DNA of 64,000 bases from a bacterium (GCA_963669175.1 OY769902.1:1888001-1952000), one strand, 5' to 3'; shown: positions 9,249 to 20,900, counted from the first letter of the stretch. Program-made: numbers and translations. The notes: a model not told the origin generated them from the letters alone.

Positions 9249-10718
9249 TTACTTCCTGAACTTGCTGGTCACCAGCTTTTTCATATTATCCAACTGCTGT
9301 CTCTCCGTTTTAAAGGCCAGCAGAATCACCCCCAGCAGAACAGGCGCCAGCAAAGATACTCCGGTTTTAATTCCCAAGCGCAAGAAAAGCCCATCCATAG
9401 TGTAATGATTCGTGAGCCAGATGATGGCGCCGGACAGAGCTGTCATCAGAAATACGCCAAGGAGGTTATAGGGAATGAAGTAGCGTTTCTGAGAAAATAC
9501 ATACATGACAACATTCATGATCAAACGTGCGCCAATCAGACCGTAAACCACCCCTAAACCGCCAAACCTCGGCATCAGCAGAAAAACCAGTCCGACCAGG
9601 GTCACCAGGCCGATTCCGCTGACCACCGGCATCGGCCCCTGGCTTTTCCCGGACTGAACCCCGGTAACCAACAGGTTGTACATCACCAGGAGCACAGAGA
9701 TAAATGCAACCGGAGCAATGTATTTCTGGGCATCAAAATAGGCTGGTTGAGTCATGAGGTAGAGGACTTCCGGTCCCCAGATAGCGATTCCGATCCAAAG
9801 GTATAACATCAAGCCGGTGAAATAGGTAAAAGCAGCTCTGAAGAAGAGTTGCGGTGATTCGCCCTCGGACAGCATCTGGAATTTTATTGCCGCATAACCC
9901 TGTGTGAACGCCTGGTAAATGAACTTGCCCGGCATCGAAATACGTTCTGCAATTCCATACAAGCCGACTTCGGCCAGATCGATTCTGTTCTTGATAATGA
10001 ATTTGGTGAACATCTCCGAAGATTGAACCAGGATAAAGTTTGGAACCAGGGGCACTCCATATACCAGCATACGTTTCAGCAGGGTTCTGTCAAGTGAAAA
10101 GCTGATTACATCACGGCTCGATAGAACAACGATTGTCAGGTTAAACAGAATGCCGACCAACTCGCCGATGATGAAGCCGATAACACCCATCCGGAATACG
10201 ACAATGAGAAGAATAGCCGTGATTATCGAAACGAGCACGTTGGTTATATTTGCCCCAACGACAGTTTTTACTCTTCGCTTGGCACGCAACGAATTGACCA
10301 GGATCATTTTTACTGAAATGATCGATGCTGAGAGTAATTTTATCCTGACAATCAGGTTAATGTTCGGGATTGTTGTTTCGAGCAGGGTCGCCGAAATGAG
10401 GGGCGTCAGCAATTGCAGTATAATGAAGAGAATGATTGTCGTAAATGACACGAACAGAAATGCCGTACTGGTAACAAGCGAAGGACTGTATTCTTTCTCG
10501 AAGTAATACCGGAATACAGTATGGGCCAAACCCAGCTGAGCGATAGTGATATAGAAGGGGATGAATACGGTAAGCATAGCAATGATACCGTAATCTTCCG
10601 GGGTTAGGTATGCCGTATACAGAGGTAATAAAAGAAAGCCTGCGACCTGTCCAATGATACCGGACATCCCGTAGGTCATGGAGTCTTTTATGACCATCCA
10701 AAGGCGTTTACGAAGCAT
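9249..10718 (-). CDS. Oligosaccharide flippase (Wzx family)
   Basis: Many TM segments, LLPLYTAYLTPEDYG motif, position at the end of a sugar cluster. Confidence 0.85.
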   Translation of the reverse strand: MLRKRLWMVIKDSMTYGMSGIIGQVAGFLLLPLYTAYLTPEDYGIIAMLTVFIPFYITIAQLGLAHTVFRYYFEKEYSPSLVTSTAFLFVSFTTIILFIILQLLTPLISATLLETTIPNINLIVRIKLLSASIISVKMILVNSLRAKRRVKTVVGANITNVLVSIITAILLIVVFRMGVIGFIIGELVGILFNLTIVVLSSRDVISFSLDRTLLKRMLVYGVPLVPNFILVQSSEMFTKFIIKNRIDLAEVGLYGIAERISMPGKFIYQAFTQGYAAIKFQMLSEGESPQLFFRAAFTYFTGLMLYLWIGIAIWGPEVLYLMTQPAYFDAQKYIAPVAFISVLLVMYNLLVTGVQSGKSQGPMPVVSGIGLVTLVGLVFLLMPRFGGLGVVYGLIGARLIMNVVMYVFSQKRYFIPYNLLGVFLMTALSGAIIWLTNHYTMDGLFLRLGIKTGVSLLAPVLLGVILLAFKTERQQLDNMKKLVTSKFRK

Positions 10719-10808
10719 TGTATCGACCAATACATGTACTACAGACTTGCCCTTGAAGGCGTGTATGACCACCTGGGAGTTTCAGTCTGAGTGTACCTGA
10801 AAAGTGCC

Positions 10809-11342
10809 TCAATTTCTACAAAAGGATTCGATGGCAAGTTCCAGCTCGTTTCTGTTCGCGAGCAGGAAGTGGGCCGCCTCACGTAATGCGCCGGACCCGC
10901 CAGCCACGGCTAATACCATGTCAGCACGATCCTTGATAAAGGGGTTGGCATCCTCAACGGTAAAGAACAAGCCAACTTTGCCGAGAAGAGAGGCATCGTT
11001 GATCTCATCACCGATATAGGCGATCTCCTCCTTCTGCAAACCATGGTCAGCCAGGATTTTCTCCAGGATGGCAGCTTTGTCGTGAATGCCGGTGAAACAG
11101 AGTGTAATGCCAAGTTTCTTTGCGCGACGAACCACAAGCTCGGTTTTCTCGCCGGTAATGATCGCGACATCAATCCCAACCTGCCTGAACAAGGCTACAC
11201 CGACTCCATCACGAACATTGAATTTCTTCAGTTCGTCGCCCTGTTCACCGTAGTACATACCACCGTCGGTGAGAACGCCATCCACATCCGTGATGAACAG
11301 TTTGATCGCTTTGCATTTCTGTTTCATCTGGTCAGGCGACAT
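10809..11342 (-). CDS. HAD IIIA phosphatase, KdsC/KDN-9-phosphate phosphatase family
   Basis: DVDGVLTDGGMYY, TGEKTE, YIGDEIND, GGSGALRE. Confidence 0.85.
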   Translation of the reverse strand: MSPDQMKQKCKAIKLFITDVDGVLTDGGMYYGEQGDELKKFNVRDGVGVALFRQVGIDVAIITGEKTELVVRRAKKLGITLCFTGIHDKAAILEKILADHGLQKEEIAYIGDEINDASLLGKVGLFFTVEDANPFIKDRADMVLAVAGGSGALREAAHFLLANRNELELAIESFCRN

Positions 11343-12375
11343 CGAAATCCTCCAGCTTCAACAGGTTGCTGGCTTCGATATCTCTGAGCGCACGTTTGCC
11401 GACGATCTTCTTCCGGTCTTCCCATTTCAGGCCATCACCAGGACTCAACATCACCAGGTTTTCTTCTGTCAGGATGTCGCCTGCCTTTATAGTGTCACGT
11501 GCTGCCAGTGATCGCTCCAGTTTGACTTTCGCGCTCTGTGCGGCTGGATGAACGTCCTTTTTCTCCTCACCCATGGCCATTTCTGTATTACGGATATCGC
11601 GTGTCATACGATACAAGCCATCCGGCGCAAGTGAACCGGCATGATCCGTGCCTTTCATGGCACGGTCCAGGGTGAAATGTTTCTCGATCACGGTTGCACC
11701 CATACCAACCGCGACAATCGGCATGGCGATTCCGATGGAGTGGTCGGAAAAACCGATCTCCAGCCTGGGAAACTCTTTTTGCAGGTAATGAATAGAACGC
11801 AGATTGATGTTCTCGTAACGAGAAGGGTACTCGGAAAGACAATGCAGCACACTGATTTTCTTCGGGGTGCTGGAAAGAATATCCAGGGACTGACGTAATT
11901 CATCCATGGAACAAATCCCGGTGGACACGATGATATGATGGGATAATTTTCCCAGCGCCTCGATCAGCGGAATATTGGTTACGTCCCTGGAGGCGATCTT
12001 GATGGCATCGATCTTAGCCATGTCGAGCAGCTTCAATGTTGCAGGCGAGCAAAGGGTTTCGATAAAATCAAGCCCTTTGCTATGGGCATAGCGTTCCAAT
12101 TCAGCGTGTTGCTCATAAGACAATTCCAGCGCCTGCCTGTGTTCCAGGTATGTAGGGCCAAACGAATTTGCATTGACATAAGGTTTGGCTGCGGCTTCGG
12201 CACTCAGCTCTTCCGCGAGGTCACGCTTGGTAAACTTGACCGCGTCAACACGTGGAAGCTCACGTTCGAAGTAACGGTCTTCTATAGGTGCTGCGGCAGC
12301 ATCAATCAATTGCCGGGCGATATCCATGTCGCCATTATGATTCTGGCCGATTTCAGCAATGATGTATGTGTGCAT
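11332..12375 (-). CDS. NeuB-family synthase, KDN-9-phosphate synthase-like, with SAF domain
   Basis: IIAEIGQNHNG, KFTKRDL, KIASRD, HCLSEYP, FSDHSIG, IEKHFTLDR..GTDH. Confidence 0.85.
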   Translation of the reverse strand: MHTYIIAEIGQNHNGDMDIARQLIDAAAAPIEDRYFERELPRVDAVKFTKRDLAEELSAEAAAKPYVNANSFGPTYLEHRQALELSYEQHAELERYAHSKGLDFIETLCSPATLKLLDMAKIDAIKIASRDVTNIPLIEALGKLSHHIIVSTGICSMDELRQSLDILSSTPKKISVLHCLSEYPSRYENINLRSIHYLQKEFPRLEIGFSDHSIGIAMPIVAVGMGATVIEKHFTLDRAMKGTDHAGSLAPDGLYRMTRDIRNTEMAMGEEKKDVHPAAQSAKVKLERSLAARDTIKAGDILTEENLVMLSPGDGLKWEDRKKIVGKRALRDIEASNLLKLEDFDVA

Positions 12376-12480
12376 GACAACTCCTCTTTCGGATCATGAT
12401 ACTAACCAGGGTACAAATGAACAATAAGGTGCTTCATCTAAACAAGATCAGTTCTAATGATAACACTCGATTATGAGTGT

Positions 12481-13329
12481 TTAATAGTCAAACTTCAGTA
12501 GTTTTTCCAACCCTTCGATCGGTAATTGCTCCCGTGCTTTCAGCGCACGTTCATGGTTGCGTTTCTGAAAATTCCCGAAACTGATGGAATTTCCATCCGG
12601 GAGTTTTACAGGCGTATCATCCGGCGGTTGCTCCAGTTTATCCATGTGATCTAATGCGTGAAGCGTGTCGCGCAGGGTTGGAGAGTATTCACCGGCATAC
12701 AACTTGTCATAAAGTTTCCGGAATAATGCCAGATCTTCCGGGGTGTCAAGGGTGATCCAGTATTTCGGGCGATTGACATCTTCCGGAGCTTCAAGAACCA
12801 GGCACCTGAAATGTTCAGGATCAAAGGCCCACAAGGTCATATACTCCGACTTGTCCGGATCGGGCATCACTTCATCGTGCAGGGGATTCAGCATTCTGCG
12901 ACTCATCACCTCGGGGCAGAATCCATGCGGCATGCCACTGACACGGGTATAGTCCGCGTCAGACTCGATATGAGCACGTACTTCCCAGTCGAGGATTTCG
13001 ATCGGAGTAAGAATGTTGTCGCCGGTGACACGGATTACCGCGTCCGCGTTTTCTGTATCTGCCACATGGATCATACGTGACAACACATCCAGCTCGTCCC
13101 CTTGAAATCCCTTGATCCCATTTTTTTCTGCGATATCGATAAGAATCGCGTCGTTAGGGTTCGTGGAGGTGCAAAGCACAATTTCATCAACAGTCTTGGA
13201 AAATTTCAGCCGATCAATCAACCATTCAATAGCCGGTCTGCCGTGAATATCAGCGATAGCCTTTTTGGGAAGCCGTGATGATTTCATCCGGACGATCAGG
13301 CAAACCGCAATTCTTTTCCCGTTATACAT
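12481..13329 (-). CDS. SpsF-like / CMP-nonulosonate cytidylyltransferase
   Basis: VRMKSSRLPKK, GDELDVLSR, RVTGDN, TLDTPEDL. Confidence 0.85.
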   Translation of the reverse strand: MYNGKRIAVCLIVRMKSSRLPKKAIADIHGRPAIEWLIDRLKFSKTVDEIVLCTSTNPNDAILIDIAEKNGIKGFQGDELDVLSRMIHVADTENADAVIRVTGDNILTPIEILDWEVRAHIESDADYTRVSGMPHGFCPEVMSRRMLNPLHDEVMPDPDKSEYMTLWAFDPEHFRCLVLEAPEDVNRPKYWITLDTPEDLALFRKLYDKLYAGEYSPTLRDTLHALDHMDKLEQPPDDTPVKLPDGNSISFGNFQKRNHERALKAREQLPIEGLEKLLKFDY

Positions 13330-13345
13330 GAATATCTCTCTTTGT

Positions 13346-14359
13346 TTACTGTAGCTGGTTCAAGTAAATGTTCCGGTACCTGGCCAGCGGCTCTTTGGCC
13401 TGTTTTCCGATGACCAGATTGGCTTCCGCAGGGGACAGGCCGGTTCCTTCGCCACGCATGAACGCGATATCATCTCCGGAAATGACTTCCCCCGGCTGAA
13501 TGTCCCTGGCTGCGACAACCACTTTCTTCATGTTGGTGCGATATCGCTTTTCTCCTTCGGACATCTCGACAAAGCTTCCATTGCCAAGAGCTTTGTCTGC
13601 TGTACGAATCAGATTAACCAGCTTCTTCAGATCAGCAGGATCGACGGACGATTCATAGTCGATGCCTTTCAGAGAACGATCATCGGTGTAATGCTTCTCG
13701 ATGTAATCTACACCGGCCCCGACAGCGATCAACGGTAAGATCATAGCTAATTCTTCACCACCATCGGTGTGATCCATGTAACCGATCTCGCAGGCGAACA
13801 TGCGTTTGAGAGTCTGCATGTAACGCAGGCGGGATTCCAGCGGATCTGTTGGGTAATCCTGATAACCGTGCATCAGGATAAGCCGTTCACAACCTGCGTT
13901 TCGGACACACTGAACGGCGTTTGAGATCTCATTCAGCGTCGAACCGCCTGCGCTCAAGCTGACGGGTAATCCTGTCTTACCGACTTTTTCCAGCAAGGCC
14001 ATGTTGCTGATGTCGGTTGAGTGCAGCTTGATGACGTTTGCCCCGGATTCCAGCGACAGCTCGAGGCTACCCTCGTCAAAGATGGTGGACCAGATTTCCA
14101 TGTCATACTGCTGTGCATGCTTGAAAGCCAGGCGCCATTCTTCCGGCTTGATCTCAAGTTTCTGCATCAGTTCGAAATTGAAGTAATAGGGGCTGAAGAC
14201 CTTGTTGGTGTCGAAAACCTGGAATTGCACAATATCAGCGCCCGATTCAGCAGCGATGTCGATCAGTTTGCGTACCTGGTCAATATTCCCTTCATGGGCA
14301 CAAGCCATCTCTGCAATGATGCGAGTTCGTGAAGGTGGAAGAAGAACCGATCCCTGCAT
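13346..14359 (-). CDS. Second NeuB/SpsE-family nonulosonic acid synthase with SAF domain
   Basis: IIAEMACAHEG, GYMDHT, IEKHYT, C-terminal SAF domain. Several motifs diverged (VQFQ in place of VKFQ). Confidence 0.8.
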   Translation of the reverse strand: MQGSVLLPPSRTRIIAEMACAHEGNIDQVRKLIDIAAESGADIVQFQVFDTNKVFSPYYFNFELMQKLEIKPEEWRLAFKHAQQYDMEIWSTIFDEGSLELSLESGANVIKLHSTDISNMALLEKVGKTGLPVSLSAGGSTLNEISNAVQCVRNAGCERLILMHGYQDYPTDPLESRLRYMQTLKRMFACEIGYMDHTDGGEELAMILPLIAVGAGVDYIEKHYTDDRSLKGIDYESSVDPADLKKLVNLIRTADKALGNGSFVEMSEGEKRYRTNMKKVVVAARDIQPGEVISGDDIAFMRGEGTGLSPAEANLVIGKQAKEPLARYRNIYLNQLQ

Positions 14360-14564
14360 GGCTGATCCTTGTTTCGGGTTGATGAATCGTGTTTGCCGTC
14401 TACATCTGAACTACGCAACTTACCACGCACTATGGATAGTGTCAAGCAGCAATGGTGGACAAGGTGAGTATAACGGATATGCAAAGACATATTTATGTAA
14501 AATGTGAGCATTTGAAAAGTATTTCATTGGATAAAATGTTTTGGGTGGAACAGAGAATTTCCGC

Positions 14565-15383
14565 TTATTCCAGGAATAGCGCCAGCTCATCGTTTTCAGC
14601 GGGGGCGATGGAAGGAGGTACAGGGGGCTGGTATGCAGGTCCACGTAATATCCGGATACTTCCGAACAATGCGCTCTGCTTGACCATGATTTTTCTGCTG
14701 CGGATCAGTTCCAGAATCGCCAGGAATGTTACCACCGCTTCAATCCGTTCGGTGAAACCGGCGACGAGGTCTTCGAACTTCAACGATTCCTGGTCTTTGA
14801 GAACGGTCAGGATCAGCAGGGTTTGCTCTTCGACTGTGACCTTGAACATGGCTAGCTGACGTGGAGTGCTCTTCGCCAGCCGACGTGTAACTTCACGGAA
14901 TGCTTCGGCCAGGTGTACCAGTGACACATCTTTGAGCATGGCCTCGGTTTCGTCCGGCTGAGCAATTTCCGCCGCCTCGCCGCGTGGGAAGTATTCCCGT
15001 TGTGTCGCTTCGCCTTCCGCCAGCTTGCGTGCGGCGGCGACAATCGCACGGTATACTTCTTCCAGGTCTTCGTCACGATCCAGGATCAGGTCACGTTCGA
15101 ACAGCTCTTCCTGTTCATCACCGGGCAGCAGCGCCTTGATTTTCATACGGATCAGCACTGCCGCGATGTAGAGCACTTCGCCCGCATCATCGAGATCCAG
15201 GTTCTCCATGGACCGGGCAAAGTTGAGAAAGTCTTTGGCAATTGTCGCGAGATGGAGTTCAGCGAAATCGATCTGTCGCTGCCGTACCACGTGCAGCAGC
15301 AGGTCCATCGGTCCCTCATAAACAGGGATCTCAATCTTGAATCCGGAATCGGACAGGATATCCTCACGCTTGTTGATAATCAA
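14565..15383 (-). CDS. scpA: Segregation and condensation protein A
   Basis: YEGPMDLLLH, LIRMKIKALLP, VVTFLAILEL. Confidence 0.9.
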   Translation of the reverse strand: MIINKREDILSDSGFKIEIPVYEGPMDLLLHVVRQRQIDFAELHLATIAKDFLNFARSMENLDLDDAGEVLYIAAVLIRMKIKALLPGDEQEELFERDLILDRDEDLEEVYRAIVAAARKLAEGEATQREYFPRGEAAEIAQPDETEAMLKDVSLVHLAEAFREVTRRLAKSTPRQLAMFKVTVEEQTLLILTVLKDQESLKFEDLVAGFTERIEAVVTFLAILELIRSRKIMVKQSALFGSIRILRGPAYQPPVPPSIAPAENDELALFLE

Positions 15384-15413
15384 TGATACGGCACGGACCT
15401 GCGATTTTCAATG

Positions 15414-15654
15414 CAGCAAAAGGGGACTGTTTCCTTTTCGTAGCGTGGAAGTGAGATGTTTTGTGATACAGGTAATCGAAAAGGTGACTGTACCCTATTG
15501 CTTGTGATCCAGCTTTTAGCTCTGATCGGTTTTCTGAGGTTGAGCTTCAGCTCACCGAAAAGGGTACAGCTTCCTTTTCCTCAAAATTATCGAGATTGTC
15601 TTGATTATGGCGAGGGAAAAGGATTCCGTCCCCTTTTCGTGCCTGTCTTCGTTT
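15414..15654 (+). repeat. Four-hairpin REP array (module A), copy
   Basis: Same H1-H4 order and closely similar spacers to 6819-7060. Confidence 0.9.
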
Positions 15655-15793
15655 CGCAAGATCGTGAATTCATCACTTGTGTATTGGATCACCAAGATCC
15701 TCACCAACCTCGACTTGCTCTTCTGTTCATCCAGTAGATCATTTAATGTTGGAGTGGTGAATAGAGTAGTGAAGGGAAATTTTTAAGTATTTG

Positions 15794-16810
15794 TCAGGGC
15801 AATACAGCTTTGAGGATGGTTTCCGCTTTCAAGGTGGCGAGGCAGCCGTCACGCCCGCATTTACCCTTACAACCAGAGGGGCAATGTTCTGTATCCGGGT
15901 TGACCAGGCGGATCTGTTCTTTGGGCACCCATGGCCGCCAGCGCTCGGCGGAGATTGGCCTGTAATGCCCGTAAAACGACACGACCTTTGTTCCCACTGC
16001 CGCAGCCAGGTGAAGTGGTCCGGTGGAGGAGGCGACGACACGTTCTGCACCTGCCAGCAAACCAATCAACGCCCGCAGAGTTGTCTTTCCGGCAAGGTTG
16101 AACACACCCAACCCGCCATCCTCGGACAAACCGAGCCGTCGCAAGAGGGGCATGGTCTCTTCTTCGCTACCGGTTAACACGACCGGCACATGTTTCGTCA
16201 ACCGGCTGACCAGGCTGGCATAGGTGTCATACGGAAGGTTGGGCGCGGACCCACGTGACCCCGGATGCACAACCACATAGGGGTGCTTGGGATCGAGACC
16301 CTCGACAACAAGCAACTCCGCAGCCAGCTCACGATCTTCTTCGGACACATACACTTTCGCCCAGGGAGCGGTATCGTTCCAGCCAAACGGGGTTAACAGC
16401 TCAAGATTGTATTCGGATTCGTGTTTGCCGCCCTGCTTGCGACTTATGGAAACCGGTGCGTTAAAGAAAACCGAGTAGGCGCGACGCGAAGTGCCGATAC
16501 GCAGCGGAACTCCAGCGCGCCAGAGCGTCCAGGCCAGGCGTAGTTCCGGGCGCACCACAATCGCCGAATCGAATTTTTGTTCGTGCAGCAACGTACGCAG
16601 GGCACGGTTGTCATTCGAATCTGTGTGAATGGTGTGTATACAGGGATTGTTTCGCAGGATCGGTTTGGTTTGCGCCGATACCAGGGCGTGAATTTTTGTA
16701 TCCGGCCAGGCATCATGAAGCGCTTGGAAAAGCGGCGTTGTCAGCACCAGGTCACCGATAGCGTCTGTGCGACAGACAAGAACTTTCCCTCCGGGTGATG
16801 CTGCGGTCAT
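15794..16810 (-). CDS. Glycosyltransferase family 9 (heptosyltransferase-like)
   Basis: RTDAIGDLVLTTP, HPGSRGS, NLAGKTTL, STGPLHLAAA. Confidence 0.9.
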   Translation of the reverse strand: MTAASPGGKVLVCRTDAIGDLVLTTPLFQALHDAWPDTKIHALVSAQTKPILRNNPCIHTIHTDSNDNRALRTLLHEQKFDSAIVVRPELRLAWTLWRAGVPLRIGTSRRAYSVFFNAPVSISRKQGGKHESEYNLELLTPFGWNDTAPWAKVYVSEEDRELAAELLVVEGLDPKHPYVVVHPGSRGSAPNLPYDTYASLVSRLTKHVPVVLTGSEEETMPLLRRLGLSEDGGLGVFNLAGKTTLRALIGLLAGAERVVASSTGPLHLAAAVGTKVVSFYGHYRPISAERWRPWVPKEQIRLVNPDTEHCPSGCKGKCGRDGCLATLKAETILKAVLP

Positions 16811-17670
16811 GATACGTTGTCTTTCCCGGAATCAGCTTCTTCCGGATAGGTTTCAGCCAGTTTGGATGCCGTCAGCACAGCTCCCTCTCCACGAGCGATA
16901 AGCGCGGCCTTGATATACCTGAGGAAGGTGGAATAAGCGCTACTTCCCGCCAGCAGGGCGCCACGCAAACCATCACGCCAGCCTTGTTTCAGGCAATACA
17001 TCTTGATAAAGGTCGCCAGCGCATGTGAGAATGCCGTAAAGACTCCCGATGATTTCCCGGCATTAACCGTGTCCTGGGCGGTAAGCGTAGTGTAACGGTC
17101 CAGTTTCAGCAGGTAATGAGCAAACGTAGCATCTGTATGATGCTGCAGCACTCCGTGCAAAGTCCCGACCGTTCCGTCAACGATCAGTTTCTCGTGGATA
17201 TCGCTGTCATCAAAGCGCGCTTTCCCGGAACGAATCAGGCGGACAAGCTTCTCCTGTCCCCAGCCGCCATGGCGTACCGGTTTTCCGAGGAACCAGGCAC
17301 GGCGTGTCAGGATGAAGCCATCAGCCTCTCCGGGAGTCTGCACTGCCTGAAGAATTGATTCTGCGAGTTTGCGTGAGACGATTTCATCCGCGTCAAGAGA
17401 AAGAATCCACTCGCCGGAAGTCTGTTCGAGCGAAACCTGTTTCGCCTTACCGAATCCCTCGAAAGGAATCTGTACGACTTTCGCTCCCAGTTTTTTAGCC
17501 AGCCCCACAGTGTTATCGGTAGACCCGGTATCGCAGACGACGATCTCATCCGCGAAGCCCACGGATTTGAGGCAGGCTTCCAGACGTCGCTCCTCGTTGA
17601 GTGTGATCAAGGCGACACTCAAACACGGACGAGAAAGTGACACATGCTGGTGTGAGGAATTCAAGACCAT
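16807..17670 (-). CDS. Glycosyltransferase family 2 (WaaE/KdtX-like LPS core)
   Basis: ITLNEERRL, DTGSTD, WILSLDADE, IHEKL, GWRDG. Confidence 0.9.
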   Translation of the reverse strand: MVLNSSHQHVSLSRPCLSVALITLNEERRLEACLKSVGFADEIVVCDTGSTDNTVGLAKKLGAKVVQIPFEGFGKAKQVSLEQTSGEWILSLDADEIVSRKLAESILQAVQTPGEADGFILTRRAWFLGKPVRHGGWGQEKLVRLIRSGKARFDDSDIHEKLIVDGTVGTLHGVLQHHTDATFAHYLLKLDRYTTLTAQDTVNAGKSSGVFTAFSHALATFIKMYCLKQGWRDGLRGALLAGSSAYSTFLRYIKAALIARGEGAVLTASKLAETYPEEADSGKDNVS

Positions 17671-17937
17671 CCCGCAATATACAACCAGAGAGGTAGCACA
17701 ACCATAAAAGCAGGTATTACATTATTGTTTTAGTAAAACCTAATTCAATAAGGAGAGTTTTACTTAACTTGAGGTCATTGCAGGGGTTAAGCTGCTGTAC
17801 CTGTTGTCCGGCAATGCTTTATTAGTAAAGAGAGAAGTATTTGGGTAATATGGGGCGAATGATTAGCATCATGGGAAATTGCCTCCTAAATTAAAGTTTG
17901 GGTTGTTTGACAGGGACAGTTTACTGATGAGGGAACA

Positions 17938-20900
17938 ATGCGACGGAAACTGATCGGGCTGCTTGTTCTATTGGCAGCGACAGACACTTTTGCACGGGCC
18001 GCATTTGACGAACTCACACCACTAACCGTTCAGGAAGTTTTCAGTTACCAGAGATTACCTGCCGGTGTCCAGCTTCAATACGAAGCTCCTGAATTGAGCT
18101 GGACGACAGAAGCCGAAGGCGATGTGCCGATCCTCCAGGGCGCTGGAGAAGAGTACATCCCGGGCGCGCCAAGATTACCCCTTTATTCACGTTTGATTGC
18201 AGTGCCGGCCGGTATGGATCTCAGGGTGCGAGACATTCAGATTGGTTGGGCGGCCACACAACAAAGGAAGATTGCCTGGAACAATGGCGCCAAGGAGGAT
18301 GCGGAGTACGATGAATCTGCGTATTTTTCCGTCGCAGAGCAATCGCAGCAGACTGTTACGGTGGGAAGAACAGGACGCTGGCGGGATCTTCGCATGGCAC
18401 AGGTTATCGTACGTCCCATGATGTATGATGCAGTGACCAACGAAGTCCGCATGGCAGAAACCATAGACATCCAGTTTGATTTTGTGCCATCCGAAGAACT
18501 TGACACATACAACCCGCCAGGTGTCAGCGAAGCTTTGCTGCCACTCTATCGTTCTTATGTGATGGGCGCAGAGGATGAGCTGGATGAATTGGAACCGGAA
18601 CGTGGGACCTACCTGATTATTGTTCCGGATGCCTACGAAGAACTGACAGAAGACTTTGTCGAGTGGAAAAGTCGTTTGGGATATCATGTGATCGTAGCGC
18701 CCACGAGTCAAACGGGCACGGACTACGATGATATTCATGACTATCTGGATGATCTGTATGAATCAGCCAGCATTCCCCTGGATTACGTGCTGATTCTTGG
18801 TGATGAAGATACGCCTGCGAACATCGAAGCGCCGACGATTCCGGGAAGTCCTGGCCATAATCCCACAATCGCCGCTGACTACAAGTACTGTTTCGAACGG
18901 AACCAGACCAACATCGCGGATGTATTGCCACGTTATTTTGTTGGGCGTCTTTCCGTTGATAATGTCACGCAGTTGAACACAGTCCTGGCAAAAACAATGT
19001 TCTATGAGATGACACCCGGTGGGGAAGGTGTCGGACTGGACCGTTTTGAAGAGGCCATGTTCATTGCCTGCCTGAATCCTGGTGTATCAACCGGGATGAC
19101 CAAGCGTTGGGTTGCTGCGAAAATGCTTGCCGATGGCGGCATTACGAATGTAGAAGATCTGTACGATTCATATTCTAACGGTTTATCCCTGACTACGGTC
19201 ACCAACACCATCAATGCTGGTGTGTCCTGGATTAACTACCGTGGTTACGGAGCCTATGACAGTTGGGCCGGCCCGTACTGGGGTAACGCCCAGATGGATG
19301 CTCTGGACAATGAATTCTTGAATCCGATCGTGACCAGCATGGTATGTGGCGGGGCTGCATTTGACCGTCCCCAGGCAGACCCATGTTTCGGTGAAAAATT
19401 CATCCGCCAGGGTACTGCCCAAGCGCCAACCGGCGCCGTTGCCTTCATGGGACCGTCCGAATTGGATACGCATACCAAGTGGAACAATGCCATGGACGGT
19501 GGATTTTACCAGTCCATGTATGATAACGATTTAACCACACTGTACCAGTGTTTGATGGGGGCAAAGCTTGAGCTTTTGCGCTGTTATCCAAACAGTTGGA
19601 ATGCCAACGGCAACTCCACTAACAGCGTATGGTTCTACTGGCATACCTACAACCTGTTGGGCGATCCCGCACTTCAGGTCCGCAGGGAAGTGCCGTTTTC
19701 TTTCAATGTTGATCATGCCAGTACGATCAATGACAACGACACCTACTTCCCGGTGCATGTGACCAATACCTTAAATCAACCTATAGAAAATGCACGTGTT
19801 GTGCTGGTTGAGAACGGTGCGGACATCATCGCTTCTGTATTGACGGACGAATCCGGGAATGCCTCTTTGATGCTGCCGGGCGGTCCATACAACGAAGATT
19901 TGAACTTGACCGTGTCACGCCGTGATGCGATTCCATACCTCGATAATCTGGATGGTCTCGGCGCGCCCGGTATTTCTCTTGTGTCGGTAGATGTGGAGGA
20001 GACTGAGGGGAACCAGAACAACAACCTTGATGGGTATGTGAATCCCGGTGAAGTAGCTGATATCGTGGGTGAATTCCACGTGGAAGATCCTGATGGGATT
20101 GACAATCTTTCCGTAACAGTGTCCCTTCCACAGGGTGGCGGTGAGGTCACGGTCAATACGGAAGATTTCGGAGATGTCGGCTATAACGCCACGATTGATC
20201 TGACAGAAATCATGATCGCTTTCGATCCTGAAGTCCAATACGGACAGCTTATCCCGATCAGGTTTACCTTTGAAGGTGATGATTTCGAACAGTCCCATCT
20301 TATCCAGTATGACGGCATCGAAGCGCCGGCTTTGACCATCAGCGAAATGGCGTTTGATGATGAATGGGGGCCGGGAGATGTGGGGGACCTGAACATCGAG
20401 TTGTTGAACTCACACCCCGCATTGTCCAGCGGTGAGATAACAGGCACCCTGATCTCGCTCAGTTCCTACGCCATTATCGTGCAACCGGTTCGCACCTGGA
20501 ATTCGATAACACCGGGCGGCAGTTCACTTCCGGTCGCGGCTTTCCAGGTTATGGCCACGGAGAGCGCTTATCCGGGGCGTGAGTTGCCGATGACGCTGCA
20601 ACTCGAAACAGACGATGGCTACCAGACCTACATCGATGTCGTATTGACAGTAGACGGCGGCGACGAGCCCACTTCGCCCACTGGTCCTGCCGGACCTGGG
20701 TACTACATGTTTGAGTGGTTCTCTGCTGATGAGTTCGATTCCGGGATGCCATTCCTGCTGGAAATGGAATATCAGTCACTGACGATAAACGGTTCCCAGG
20801 TCAATGGGCTTGTTGATACAGGTAACAACCAGGATCAGGTCGTTGATATTAACCTTCCCTTTGAGTTTTCCTACTGGGGCGAAACCTACGACAGGGTTAC

